Made by a program: the position numbers and the translations under genes. The notes beneath the pieces are model-generated. The model saw only the letters and a program-made list of their open reading frames with translations. It was not told the origin of the DNA and made no database searches. This document shows positions 31,057-48,668 of a stretch of 64,000 nt of DNA, in pieces. The first letter of the stretch is position 1; each line of letters opens with the position of its first letter. The DNA is from the human T2T-CHM13v2.0 reference genome, Homo sapiens: assembly GCF_009914755.1 (NCBI RefSeq), contig NC_060931.1. One strand, written 5' to 3'.

Positions 31057-31867
31057 AGTGCAGCTCCTCTCCTGGGCCCCTCTCCTCCCAATCACCTGCA
31101 TGATTACCAATTACCAGCCCTCCAGTTTACTTCCATTAAGGATTCCATCGTCCAGTCTGCAGTCTGCTCTCCAAAGGCATGATTTTCCATACAAAAAAAA
31201 GTGTTAGTTTCAAACAACCAGCTTACCAACAAGCTCTATCCATTCGAATGGTCTGTTCAAGACTATTTTATAGTGAAAATTGCTATCTAGCCACATCTCT
31301 CCAAATCTTACAGTGAAAACTGTGCTTTTGATATATGTCAGGATGAAGTTAAGTCAAAGTTTCCTGTTTCACTTTTTACTGTACTTATGTAAATCAATCA
31401 TTAGTGGACTCTTAAATGGTTTCCTAATGCCAGAAATGATTAGTCACTCAATGTGTTAATGGCACATTTTGTGAAATCTTTTCCAATGCAAAAACCACAC
31501 AGCATCTGGGCTTCCTGTTCTGTATTTCTTTCTGGCCTTCACTATCTTGAAATTATCTGGTGCATATTTTTTATTTCCGCTTATTTATTGGCAGTATTTT
31601 CATTCTCTACACTTTTCTTCTCCTTATATTCTTTTAGGCTAGTCTTTGAAACGTCAGTCTCTGTCCATTGAAACTAAAATAAGAAAGAAGGAGAAAAGGA
31701 AATTGATGTCTTTCAAGTTGTAATAGTAATATGTTTCGTTTATAAAAATCAATTTTTTTTACCAGTAAAACATTAACTTTTGGCCTTCATTAATCAGAAA
31801 AGAAAACTGGATCAGTCTGAAAATGCCTTTCTCAAATAAGTCATACCATCCTTAGAACAGTGATGCA

Positions 31868-32055
31868 GCAGTTCTCAAGCTTGAGAACACATGGGAATCA
31901 CCTGGAAAGCTTGTAAAAACACAAGTTGCTGGGTCCCATCCCTAGAGTTTCTGATTTAATAGGTCTGCGGTGGTTCCCTGAGAACTGACATTTCCAACAT
32001 GTCCCAGGTGAAGTTGATGCTGCTGGTCGGCAGCACACTCTGAGAACAAATGGTG
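31868..32055. mobile_element. MER5A
   Basis: cagttctcaagcttg..aatcacctggaaagcttg..tgagaac. Confidence 0.85.
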
Positions 32056-32439
32056 CAATATCAGAACTCACAAAGGCCTTGGAAATCATTTCTGCCTTAC
32101 TTAGAGCGCTGCTGGTTGCAACTTACAAAATCCCACTCAGACTGGCCTGAGTGCAGAAGGGCATTTATTGGAAGCAGTTGGGATATCTGCTAGACTCCAA
32201 AATGAAGTTGAAAAATCAGGTGGAATATGGCACCAGTAGGGAGCACCAGGAAGGATGCGGTTCTCAGAGAAGAGTGGTGTAGGCTCAGCAGAGACTCTAA
32301 ATATCGTTACTGCATCATCTCAGCTCCCATTTTTCAAAAGAGAACTGCAGTTTGAGGAAATTAAGAGCTTGCTACAGAGCATACATCTAATAGTGGCAAA
32401 GCCAAAGCTGGAAGTGGTGAGTAGCAATCTGTATCTTAG

Positions 32440-32642
32440 CCAGTGGTATGCTGGAGCTGTGGGTACCAGCCCCAGAGAGCTGGTTGTTAAATATTCAGGA
32501 ATCTTTTGAGCAGGTCAATCTTGGTAGCTGGAAGCTGGCCACAGTCAGAATATTTACACTGAAATATTGGCTGATATTACAGACCAGGATCTTTTTTCTT
32601 CCTCTCTTTCTTTTCAAAGAGCAAGCTAACAGCACACCATTG
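32440..32642. mobile_element. MER63 (hAT-Blackjack)
   Basis: ccagtggtatgctggagc..cagcacaccattg termini. Confidence 0.75.
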
Positions 32643-32654
32643 CCTAATTCCATG

Positions 32655-34150
<1,496 letters not shown>

Positions 34151-34879
34151 TATGAATTCTGATGCTTTTCCTTCTTTTTTTCTCTTTCTTCTTCCTCCTC
34201 CTGCCTCCTCATTCTCCCTCTCCTCCGCCATCAACCCCATCTTATAAATAGTTGTTGAACTTCCACTATGAATTTCCACCAACGTACTGAGCTAGGTACT
34301 TTGAGAAACACAAAAATGTGCATTGAGGTAAAAGGAACACAGCACAGGGATCTAGTGACCTCCCTTTCTAAACCTCATTTTATTCACTGTTTTCTCAAAA
34401 ATTCATGTGGATAATATGATTGTTAATGATGAGGTATAACATGTTCTGCCCTTGTAGTCTCCTGGGAGAGGCAGGTACTTGGAAAACTACTGAGAACCTG
34501 GAGAAGTGCCTTTAATAAAGTGATAAACACAAAGTCCTAAGATTGCATCTAGTTTATTGAATCACAAAGTGTTTTCAATGGATTAGTGGATTGTATAATG
34601 TAATCTTTACAACAATCCTGTGCAGTAGGAAGGGGAACAATGTTGTTAGTTTTTGGTTTATCTGTCCCTCCACAGTCCCTGGAGAAGGGAACTTGTTATA
34701 GAGTCAGATTTTTATAGTTAAAGCAACTATTGGAAAAAGAAAAGAAAAACCACCAGCCTAGCACGTTCCTTATATGGATGAGGAACCCGAGGTTGGAAGT
34801 CAGCCTGAGGTAATAGAAAAAGCAGAACATTCCACCTGGTCACCTGGGTTCCTGCTCAGTTCTCAGCCATATGCTGGAC

Positions 34880-35040
34880 ACATGATTTTGCACATGACTT
34901 CTTTATGCCTTGATACCCTCTTCTGTAAAATTAAGTCAACACTATTTTATCTGACTGTCTTATTAGGCTGTTATGAATGTTAAATGAGAGAATGAATATG
35001 AAAACACTTTGTGAAACATTAAATGCTATTATAACTAACA
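34880..35040 (+). mobile_element. MIR
   Basis: ttctgtaaaatt..gttatgaatgttaaatgagagaatg. Confidence 0.7.
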
Positions 35041-35584
35041 ATACCTTTTTGTACCAGGTATCACGGAACAGTCTCCACTCCAGGTTATGGATCCACTGTT
35101 GGGCAGTTCTACACTGCTCACATCCGGATGCCGATTCTGCCAGCAAATCCATCTGATTCTATCTCTCTCTCCGGTCTGTCTAACTCTAGGTTCTGCACAT
35201 GTCTAACATGTGGTTGTGTGAGTGCCAGAGTGCAAGCTCTTGGGAGGCAGGGGACACATTTATTGATGTTGTATCACCAACATTTAGTACATGCCTGCTA
35301 AAAAGTTACTGTCAACATATTTGTTGAACAATGATTACTGGATGGGTGGATGAAACATCAATATGACTTGCCCAAGGGCAGTTATGAATGTCTCCAAAAC
35401 TATTTCAGGGGTAATTCATGAACATGTCCTCTGAGGATTCTTCTTCCATCTCTAACTCAGTTCCTATGATATGACTACCTCAGGGCAAGAAAGTCACTGT
35501 GTCCCTGCTACAACAAAAGATCACTCATGTTTCCCGACCACTCATGTTACCCTCTCTCTTCTCAAGAGGGCATTTCCTTTCAAT

Positions 35585-36013
<429 letters not shown>

Positions 36014-36961
36014 GAGGGCATTTCCCATTTCTTTTTATAAACTCTATTCCAGTTATGTTGAGTGTCAGCCAAAGATCTGAGGTTGGTGTCCTGCAGCCAG
36101 TACTGCTGGAATGGATTGACAGTCATGGGAATGTACCAGGTATCATGGGGGCAGGCCCTGCTCTAGGTTATGGAGCCACTGTTGGGTAGTCCTACCCTTC
36201 TCACATCCAGATGCAGATTCCGCTGGCAATTCCATCTAGTCCTATGAGACATTCCCTGGAAATGATGTGCTCATCCTCATCAGCTACGTGATGAATGAAT
36301 CCAGGGGTGTTTGTCTGTGAAGTGTCTGCTATCTCCTGTGCTTGATTTACTGACGTGGATGTTGTTCTCGAGGTGTGGGTTGAAGCCATGAAAATAAATG
36401 CCTTCAAGGAAGGTATGTAAGCAGACTGCAGTATTGGAGGGTACTCACAGTTGGTAAGTAGGGCAGGGAAGAGGAATGAGAAAAGGTAAGAAGGAGAGAG
36501 AGAAGTGAGAGAATGAGAGTGAGGTAGTGACACTAGGAAAGTGACATGTCATGGGAGACAAAAACAAAAACAAAAAAAACGAGAGAGAGACGAAATAACA
36601 GTGCCACATCCTGATAGAGTCATCAAACTCTGATGAAAGTCTATTAAATATGGCAATAAAGAGGTCATTAGCAAGATGTAGGAGAAAAGGTTTAGACATG
36701 TGATGAGTGAGAAGAAAGCCAGGAGAGATGTGGCTGCCCAGGAAGGTGAGGCAGTGGTGGTGCCTGATGTATTCAAGTATTTGGATAGGAAAGAATGTTG
36801 CCCTGTAGTGAAAAGAACCACCAGGTTCAAATGAAGATCATGTCAATGTGGGCAAATCTCAGTACACAGGATGATAGGAGAAAAAGAATCAGAAGAGAGA
36901 GGATGTTTCAAAGGGAAGAGTGGCTGAGGGATCCAGATTTTTAGGAAAGGATGGGATTCAT

Positions 36962-37156
36962 ATGACTGAGGTCAGAATCCTAGCCTAAAGTTGTAAAATG
37001 AGGTCAGTGAAGTTACACTGTCAAACGCCAGCTCCCCAAATGACCATAGAAAACCCTTAGAACCAAGCAAAACTAAGGGGTAGATATTTACAGGGATTTG
37101 TGGGTCTGGGTTCAAGTGGTTTAAGGCAAATCTTTTTTTTTCCTATGTCTTGTAAA

Positions 37157-37187
<31 letters not shown>

Positions 37188-38308
37188 AAGTTCTGGAATA
37201 CATGTGCAGAACATGCTGGTTTGTTACATACGTGTGCCATGGTGGTTTGCTGCACCTATCAACCTGTCACCTAGGCTTTAAGCCCCACATGCATTAGCCA
37301 CTTGTCCTGATGCTCTCCCTCCCCTCACTCACCCCCTGACAGGTCCCAGTATGTGTTATTCCATTCCCTGTGTCCATGTGTTCTCATTGTTCAACTCCCA
37401 CTTATGAGTGAGAACATGTGGTGTTTGGTTTTCTGTTCCTGTGTTAGTTTGCTGAGGATGATGGCTTCCAGTCTCATCCATGTCCCTGCAAAGGACATGA
37501 TACCACATTCCTTTTTGTAGCTGCGTAGTATTCCATGGTGTATATGTACCACATTTTCTTTATCCAGTCTATCATTATGGGCATTTGGGTCAGTTCCATG
37601 TCTTTGTTATTGTGAATAGTGCTGCAATAAACATGTATGTGCATGTATCTTTATAATAGAATGATTTATATTCCTTTGGCTATATACCCAATAATGGGAT
37701 TGCTGGGTCAAATGGTATTTCTGGTTGTAGATCCTTGAGGAATTGCCACACTGTCTTCCACAATAGTTGAACTAATTTACATTTCCATCAACAATGTAAA
37801 AGCATTCCTATGTCTCCACAGCCTCACCAGCATCTGTTGTTTCTTGACTTTTTAATAATTGCCATTCTGACTGGTATGAGATGGTATCTCATTGTGGTTT
37901 TGATTTGGATTTCTCAAGGTGAATATTTTAAATGGGGATCTGATTGGGAATCAACAAAATTCATGACATGATTGTTTAGTCTTGGTGGACAGGGCAAGGT
38001 GAAAAATCAAGTTTTGGATAAGCAGACAGTGGTTTGACAAGCGAACTGTTTGCCAAGGTAAACAATCTATTGTCCAGAGAAGACAGCTGTTTTCCCAGGT
38101 GAGCAAACTATTTGCCCAGCCAAAAACAAATAGGGAAGTTACTTACTGATTTACAGACAATAATTTCCTGGAAAGAATAGTTGTCATGTTGACAGAGATG
38201 GTCATAGTGCTTAGTTCTGAGAGGTAAGCTCTGTTCACCGATGCAGGTGGTCTCAACTCGCAACACTGAGGTCCTCCCTAAGAATAAGCATGAACCAGAA
38301 ACACTACA
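36962..38308. mobile_element. ERV LTR remnant (subfamily unresolved) split by L1PA
   Basis: LTR-like sequence continues on both sides of the L1. Confidence 0.5.
37156..37915 (-). mobile_element. L1PA 3' end (L1PA7/8-like)
   Basis: Poly-T then actttaagttctggaatacatgtgcagaac..cccacttatgagtgagaacatg. Confidence 0.95.
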
Positions 38309-38514
38309 GTGGTGGTTCCAAACTTTGTTGAAGAGCTTCACAAAATACTGATGTCTGGTTCCCATCCTTGAACATTCTGATTTAGTTGGTAAGGGGTACA
38401 ACCTGTGCACTGGGATTTTTAAAAGCTCCCCAGGTGATTCCAAACGGCAAAGTTTGAGAACCACTTCATTAGAGTTAAAGGAGAAAGTAGGGATAAAATG
38501 ACTATTTGGGTGAT

Positions 38515-39083
<569 letters not shown>

Positions 39084-40030
39084 TTAACAGCATGTTAGAG
39101 GTTGAAATCAGACAGCAGGACCCCAGAATACGTTTGTTCTGTAGCTTCCACCATGAGCAGCATAGAGGGGTGATGGTGAAGACATGCCACACAGGCTGCT
39201 GGTTGGTGTGGCAGGCTTTGTGGTAGGTCAGACAGAGGGGATTGAGACATTGGGCAGGTTACTGTGGTAATCAGAGTGGGGAGAATGGACTTGAGCAAAG
39301 GGGAGAGCAGACAGCTGAGAGCTGTGATCTGACAGAGAGAAGCCTGAGGTATGAAATCCAGAAGTGGGAGATCCCCCTAAGGGGCATTGTGGAGGAGGAC
39401 AAAGATGTGGTGTGATAGAGGAAAACCTGCATGGGGAGAAGAAAGAACGCCATGACAACGTGGAGGTGGCCATGAGCAGACACAAGGCTATAGTATCACT
39501 GATTTGAAGAGGACGGCATGGATAGATGACATGGAATCCAAAAGATGAATGAGAACGGAAGACACCTGTGTCTTGGGAAATGGCCTAGAAATGGCCCTGC
39601 AGGGTGAGGCAATCCTGCCCAACCACCTTCACTGCTGAGGAGAAGAGGGGGCCTGAGAGGAGGTGAAGACTGCCTGGAAATTCTGCAGGAGGCCCAGGGC
39701 CTTTAGGGAGACTGAGAGCCATAGGGCCAAGAGAGGCAGGTAAGGGACAAGCACAGGTTAGCGTTAAGGTGAGCTCGTCCCTGCAAAGCAGGAGTTTCAC
39801 AGAGCACGAGGCACATAGCAGATGGTGAGAAGGACAGGGTAGAGAGGAGTGCATGAAGTTGGGGAGTAAACTGCTTATGAAAAAGCAGAGAATCAGAATG
39901 CAGGTTGCAAAGAGGAAGGAGCAGCTGGCAGGACAGCACTAGTGGGCTGACAACTGCCTTCGCTGAATAAGATAAACAGACAAGACTCTCCTAAGAATTA
40001 GATATATATTTTTCATTCCTTAAAAGATTA

Positions 40031-41880
<1,850 letters not shown>

Positions 41881-42345
41881 TTTTAGCCTGTCAGTACAGA
41901 AAATTGAGTCAGAAAAGTACGAAATACAATTCAACAAGCAATAATGTGGTTTCTGTCATCCCCTCTGGGCTGACGTGTCTGCCTGCTCTGATAGAGACAC
42001 TAGTTGAACTGGTGACGTGCATTCACAAAGCAGTGTTAAAAGCCACCTCTTTGCTCAACTAGAGTCTTCATTCAAAAGTACTTACTGAGGACCTACTATA
42101 TGCCAGACTCTATTCTAAAATACAAGGGCTGTAACAAGATAAAGGTCCTACACATTTCCTGATCTTATGGAGCTCAGTGAAGGAGGCAATAGACAAGAGA
42201 ATCTCAGCCCGGGATGTGTGATATACAGAAAATAACAAAGTGATGTGACAAAGATGGATGAGGGACCTTAGTGGGACCTTCTCTGCTGACCAATCTTCAC
42301 TAAGGAGGAGACAAATGGGCTCAGACCAGATCGACAGAAAGAAGC

Positions 42346-42818
42346 TGTAACAGCACTGACTCCATGCTAGAGAAATGCTTGCTCACTTAAACATAATTAC
42401 TACTTCGCTTGAATTTATAGATTATTTACTAAAAACAGCTTCAGGAAAACAGGACCTTCAACAGAGATAAAAGGAAGTGTGTGCAATAAACAACTCTAGA
42501 AACAGGCTGCCAAGCCTGATCAGAATAGGTGACGGATCTGCAGAAGCCACAGTACGTTGACCAGGAAAGCAATGACGAACGGCCTGCCTGAGACAGCACA
42601 CATTTCACAAGAATGTTTTGATCATCATTTCCCCTAATTTCCCTTAAAAACCCCTTATCTGGAGATCCAACTCGGTGAAGTGGTCTTTGAACGCTAGTTC
42701 CCTGCCTCCCCCAGGTTGCTGGCTTCTCGAATAAAGCTAACTTTCCTCTCGTCGAAGCTCTTCTCTTAAGTTTTTGGCTTTCAAGTGACGAGTAGCCTGG
42801 ACCTGAGTTTGGTTACAC
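42346..42818 (+). mobile_element. ERV1 solo LTR inserted in L2
   Basis: TGTAACAG...GGTTACA ends; aataaagctaactttcc polyA signal. Confidence 0.8.
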
Positions 42819-43074
42819 AGCCAGCCAGGTAAAGCTGTGGGGAAGAAAATTGCAGGCTGAAAAAACAGCACATCCAACAGACTTGACTGGCCTACAAACA
42901 AGAAGATGGCTAATGTGAAGAGGGAGGCAAGGAAAAAGAGAGTGGTATGGCTCAGGCCAGACAGGAAGATGAGGGTCAGTCCATGGAAGACTTGAAAGGC
43001 CAGAGCAGGGAGTTTGGCTTTTATTTAGAAGGCAATCGGAAGCCATTGGTGGATTGACGGGATCTGATACACAT

Positions 43075-43185
43075 TTTTTTGAGATAGGGTCTGGCTCTGT
43101 TGCCCAGGCTGGAGTGCAGTGCCAGAGTCATGGCTCACTGCAGCCTCAACTTCCCGGGCTCAAGTGATTATCCCACCTCAGCCCT
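43075..43185 (-). mobile_element. Alu monomer fragment
   Basis: ttttgagatagggtctggctctgttgcccaggctggagtgcagt. Confidence 0.85.
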
Positions 43186-43216
43186 GATCTATATTTTTAA
43201 AGAGATTATTCTAGTT

Positions 43217-43398
43217 TAGACTTGCCAGATAAAATACAGGATGTCCAGTTAAATTTGTCAGATAAACAATGAATAATGTAAGGAGAATAAAAAATATTTT
43301 TAATAATATTTTATATACCAAACATTACCCATTGTTTATCCAAAATTCATTATTAACTAGGTGTCCTGTATTTTTATTTGCTAAGTCTAGCAACACTA
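43217..43398. mobile_element. MER53 (hAT)
   Basis: ttgccagataaaatacaggatgtccagtt..tcctgtatttttatttgctaagtctagcaac. Confidence 0.75.
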
Positions 43399-45412
43399 TC
43401 CTGATTACTGTGGAGATCTGGAAAGTGGGTGGATGCAGAATATATTTTGGAGGGAGTCCTAAAAGTACTTGCTGAAAGATTGCTGTGGGATAGGAAGAAA
43501 GAAGAGGCATCAAGGATGACTCCTAGGTTTTGGACACCTGGGGTGATAATTGCAGAATGCTTGTGGTTTTCTCTGCTTGTTTGTTCATTCTGCAGTCTGA
43601 AGATGTGTGGATGCAATAATAATAAATAGTAAATAATAATAAATCAAAAGAAGACACAAAGTGACTTAAAGCAAACTAAGGAATCTCTTATCAAGAACCA
43701 GCAGACCTCCATCCCCGCCTCCCCAAATCAACTGAGATCAATATACTTAAAGCCTGTTTATTCATTTTTCTTTGTTTCGTAGAAAGACAACTTTTAAATT
43801 ATTATTTGGATGAAGAAAAAGAAGAAAGATAAAATATTATTCGTTAATTAGAACAAGCACTAGTTACATTTTGGCTCCATCCAATGGCCAGTTTCCCATT
43901 TTATAGCAAGGAATAAATGACAGTGAGGAGAGAGGGAGTGGGGAGTAGAAAAGACAGACGTAGGGTGCGGAGATGCTAATGGGGACAAGAATACAAAAGA
44001 AAAGGTGATTCAATGGCTGTGGCTTCTAACCCACCTAATGAACAATTTTCTTATTCCTTTGGTTACCCTAAAGTATTAAGGCACCAGTTTATATGGGCTA
44101 ACAATAGGAGTTCACTAGCCTGAGGAGTGGGAAGAGAAGAAATATTTATTGAGCCACCTGCTAGATACCAAGGGCATTATATAAGTTTGCTCATTTTTTA
44201 CAACAATCTGTGAGGCAGGTATGTTTATTCCTGCTTTATAGAAATTAGTGACTTGCCCAATAACACAGAATAAAATGGTTAGATGGACTTGGATTTGAAT
44301 GCGGGTCTGTTAACTTCCTGAACCCCAAATGTGGATTTTCTGTGACACCATTTTTCTTCACATGGTTTTAAAGAGTTTGAATATCTTCATGCTTGCTAAA
44401 TATTTATAGGGAATTTCCTTGTTGGCTCTTGTCTTCTTCACAGATTCTTTAATCCCAGAAAACATTTTTATTTTTAACTGTACCATTGGACATAAGTAAG
44501 GACAAAGCAGCAGAAAAGTAAATGTTTCAGAATGATATTGTTGGGGGAACAAAAATCTACTTACAGATTGTGGTTTGCTAGGTGGATAGTGGATCAATCT
44601 TTAGAGGAAAACACCTCTTTTGTTAGAAAGGCTTTAAAAGGCTTTTTGACTGTCTGAGATAAGGCCTAGGCTACATTGGAATGGGGAAAGTTGTTAGAAA
44701 AGGAGGTAAATGTCATCTTAATAAAGTAAAAAGGGGTCTTCCTTAAGCAAAGAGTCATGAATTGGGTTTCTGAGGAAGAGAAGTTTTTGCTAGTTTGCTT
44801 CAACTAATGTATTTTCATTTTTCTCCACAGAATTTGGGACCTGGGAGTTTGGGAGAAAAGCAAAGAAGGCCTGGGGTTGAGTGAGACACAGGGTCCCAGC
44901 CAGCAGCTAGAACACGAGGAGAAAAGAAGAAAGGACTCACTGAAAGGGAATTGCTGAAGAGGACCTTTATATCTGAGGGCTTTACTTTGTGCTTTGTAAT
45001 TTCCCTTTGTCATCCTCATCTTTTAGGAAACTGATTAACCACTATAATTTACGTCGTATTAGCAACGCCTTAGAGAATGAAGGAGGAACTGTACTTATTC
45101 TTGGAGCGTAGCCTGGAGAGAGGCAGAAGCCTTCAGGAGCTGTTACTAGGTAGTAGGAAATCACTCTCTCTAGAGTCCTCTGAAACAGTCTGGAAGAGAA
45201 TGGATTTCCTGCTGTTGTGCAGGATGAGGGTTTGAGTACAGTAATTTAATTTACTTATTTAAAAAATACTGGAAGATGGGGAGGGAGGATGGGTCAGATT
45301 ATAATATGTTCATATGTCTAAGGCAGGAAATTAGATACAAGATGAAATCTAAGAAAGTTCTGTGATTGGGTTTCTCCCACAGAAGGAGGAGAAAATCCCT
45401 GCATCTCTGGTT

Positions 45413-45431
45413 ATGCAAATAATATGCAAAT
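45413..45431 (+). promoter_or_regulatory. Tandem octamer (POU) motifs
   Basis: ATGCAAAT at 45413 and 45424; motif evidence only. Confidence 0.35.
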
Positions 45432-46230
45432 TACAGTGATTACATACTTGCTTAGAAAATTTTGATTACCTCATTTTGACTTCAGGCAGAGTTGGGACAC
45501 CAAAAGGGAATGTTTGTCAACAGTCCAGAGTTGTTAGATTTCTTCCAGGGGAAATGAAAGGGTAAATTTCTTACCAAACACAAGGGTTTTAAATAAGTTT
45601 TTCAAACTCCTTAATGTCTCCCTTCCACAAAGCATACCAAAAAAAAAAAAAAATTACAATAGAGTCAAAATGTGATCTGTAGACAAAATGAAGGACAAAT
45701 GGTTTTCCCCCCTAAATTTTACTCCAGGGTACATTTTCTCCTCTTTCTTTGTCGAACAATGTGAAGTAAGGGCTTGGATTTTGTCCTGCAGATGGTTTTG
45801 CAATCAGTTCTAGCCATTTCTCTAAGTCTGGGCTTCAAATCTGTCAGTTGAGAGTGATACAGTTGCCTGTCCCATGGTGGTGTTAAGTGAGGCTGAGAGC
45901 ATCAAACAAATGTCCCAGCTCCTGCCACAGTTGCATCCTTGACACGTTCCAGTGGTGCCCGAGCAACACTGCAAAGACCCCCTGGGATGTCTGTTGGCAA
46001 GAAAAGGTGGAGCCACTGCCCTGGGGGGCTGGGAAGGGAGTTAGAGAACTACTGTCTTAACCTAAAATTTGGGCAGAATCTGCCTTGGATCAAATTTAAA
46101 ATCTTTTCTGAATATTAGCTGACTTGATTAGAAACTAGTTGTCTCTCCCCTTCTCAGCAGAAGACTGTGGAATGTGTCTCCTAGCAACAGAGATGTGTTA
46201 CTATCTTATGGTAGGACTGTTTTATAAAGC

Positions 46231-46769
46231 AGCAATCTCCAACCTTTTTGGCACCAGAGACCAGTTTCATGGAAGATGATTTCTCCACAGACAGGGAAGT
46301 GGGGGATGGTTTCAGGATGACTCATGCGCATTACATTTATTGTGTACTTTATTTCTATTATTATTACATTGTAATATATAATGAAATAATTATACAACTC
46401 ACCATAATGTAGAATCAGTGGAACCCCTGAGCTTGTTTTCCTGCAACTAGATGGTTCTATCTGGGGGGTGATGGGAGACACTGACAGATGATCAGGCATT
46501 AGATTCTCATAAGAAGTGCACAACCTAGATCCCTCACATGTGCAGTTTACAGTACGGTTCACGCTCTTTTGAGAATCTTATGCTGCTGCTGAGGTGGAAG
46601 GTGGAGGTGGAGGTCGAAGGTGGAGGTGGAGCTCAGGCAGTAATGTGAGCAATGGGGAATGGCTGTAAATACAGATGAAGCTTCACTCACTTGCCTGCCA
46701 CTCAAAACAGGCCACAGACCAGTACCGTGTAGAAGTACCAATCTGTAGCCTGGGGGTTGAGGACCGCAG
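46231..46769. mobile_element. MER1A (hAT-Charlie)
   Basis: ccaacctttttggcaccagagaccagtttcatggaagatg..ggggttgaggacc; ~8-bp TSD (t/c)tataaag. Confidence 0.9.
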
Positions 46770-48332
46770 CTATAAAGGACACTCATTCTGCTGTCCGCAC
46801 TTCTCCCAATAACTACCAGGAAAGGGTCACAGTCAGAATGAATTTAGCCATTCACCTTCAGTACCAATGCATTGTCCTAAAGAGGTAACAGTTCCACTGG
46901 CTTCAAATCTTTTGTATCATTTGTGTCTTCCTTCCCTCTCTTCTCTTCCTCTCTCATTCACACTTTTCTCTTCTTTCTCCCCAATCTCTCAACTCCTTTC
47001 CTTCCTTGCTTCCCTGACCACTACCTTTTCAACATCTGTCTTTTGACCTTTCCCTTTCCCTTCTTTATTCCTATCCCTGCCACCATCCTGTGTAAAGTGC
47101 TATCAGTTCTACTCCATTCTTCCCTCTACCTCTGCCCTTAACCCTAGTTCCAGGTCCAGGTAGTTCCTTACCCCACCCTCTGGACAAGGCTGCTTCTGGG
47201 CTATAATCTCTTTTCAAGATATTTTATCCTACATGCAGCTGCCAAGTTATTTCCCCTACAACAGCAATCTATTCATAACACAGCCCTGCTCAAAAACCTT
47301 TAAGGGTTTACATTTCCTATGGAGTAAAAACCAAGTCGTAAGCCTCATGTTCCAGAGCCAAGACAGTATGGTTCTATTCATCTTTTGCAGCCTGGGCATG
47401 CTCTGGTTTTCTTTAGACATGCACTGTTCCTGTCAAAATGCCTCTTATCCACCTGGGTCTCTTCTCCAGCTGTTTCCTCTGCCTAAAGTTCCCTCACCCC
47501 AATTCCTCCATCTCTGCACATCTAAAACCACTAGGGCTACCTCAAGCTTAGCCTGTTCTGTGCAACCTTTCCTGATATCTCTACCTAATCCTTCTTCTGA
47601 ACCCCTATAGAACTTATCCCCATAATGAGGTCACCCTAACAACAATCAACCAGGTGCTGCCAGCTCTGTCCCACACATCAATATGACCTTCAGCCCCTGC
47701 CTAAGTTCCATTGTAGAAGTGTCTCTAGAAGTTCCCAGGGTGCCTCACATGTACTCCCTGAATAAGGACACTTCTTTCAGGTCTTGCCAGTGCTCTGCCA
47801 TCTTCCCCCAAGCATCTGCTGGGCACCATTGCTCCTGACACAGCTAGGGAGCTCCTACCACGTCAAGGTTTACAGTGTTCTGGAGTAAGTTGCAGAATGA
47901 ACCTGCAACTCCTCCTTACTGAGGAGTCAGAGTCCACTCTATCAGGGAGATCTCAAAAGAATGTTGTTGATGCTCTAATGGTCTTTGAGGTACTGTAAAA
48001 CAGTTCTTTCTGCTTATTCCCCCAAGCCCCATCCCTATGGAGCCATAGGATTCCAATGTTAGGTAAATGTGACAGAGCATTGTGCTTTACTTGGAATTGA
48101 CCCTTCTGCCCAAAATGCTGCATTCTTACTGAGTCAGGTATGTTATACCTGCTCTGTCTTCACACATGGCCTTCGTCAGCCCCTAATATAAGTAAATGAG
48201 GGGCTGGACTGCCTATATATTTTCTAGAAAATGTAGTCTTAATGAGTCACTGTTATGGTTGGAAATGTATCCTATCCCTCAAGTATGCTGGGGAAGAAAA
48301 GTGGTTAAGACATACTAGATTCTATGATACTC

Positions 48333-48668
48333 CAGAACTGCACTGCTCAACACAGTGGCTACTGGCCACATGAGGCTATAGAGCACTTGAAATTTAGCTA
48401 CTCCCAACTGAGAGGTGCTATGAGTATAAAATTCATATCAGGTTTCAAAGACTTACTCCTCCAAAAAAGGGTGTAAAATAAGTCATTAATAACTTTTGTA
48501 ACGTTGACTACATGTTGAAATAATACTTTGTATTAGGTCAAATAACATGCCATTAAAATGGATTTCACCTCTTCTTACTTTCTTAGTATGGTTTCTAGAA
48601 AACTTAAAATTACATACATGGTTTGCATTTGTGGCACACCTTATATTTCTATTGCACAGTGCTGCTCT
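48333..48668. mobile_element. MER3/MER33
   Basis: ggccacatgaggcta..tatttctattgcacagtgctg. Confidence 0.8.

Noticed and set aside
30752-31207. 151-aa ORF and antisense ER/GER-repeat ORFs
   Set aside because: Microsatellite translation.
34931-35152. Minus-strand ORF MDLLAESASGCE.. echoed at ~36230 (MELPAESASGCE..), suggesting a conserved micropeptide or hairpin RNA
   Set aside because: The similarity is explained by the local duplication and CpG decay. Stems are not compensatory between copies and the ORF runs into MIR.
36053-36412. Apparent 360-nt phase-1 Ig-V (TIM/BTN-like) exon with AG/GT ends
   Set aside because: The cadherin reading (AKD, DSHGNVP, DADS, GND, LD, VEA) explains the whole segment in order and continues upstream past the apparent acceptor.
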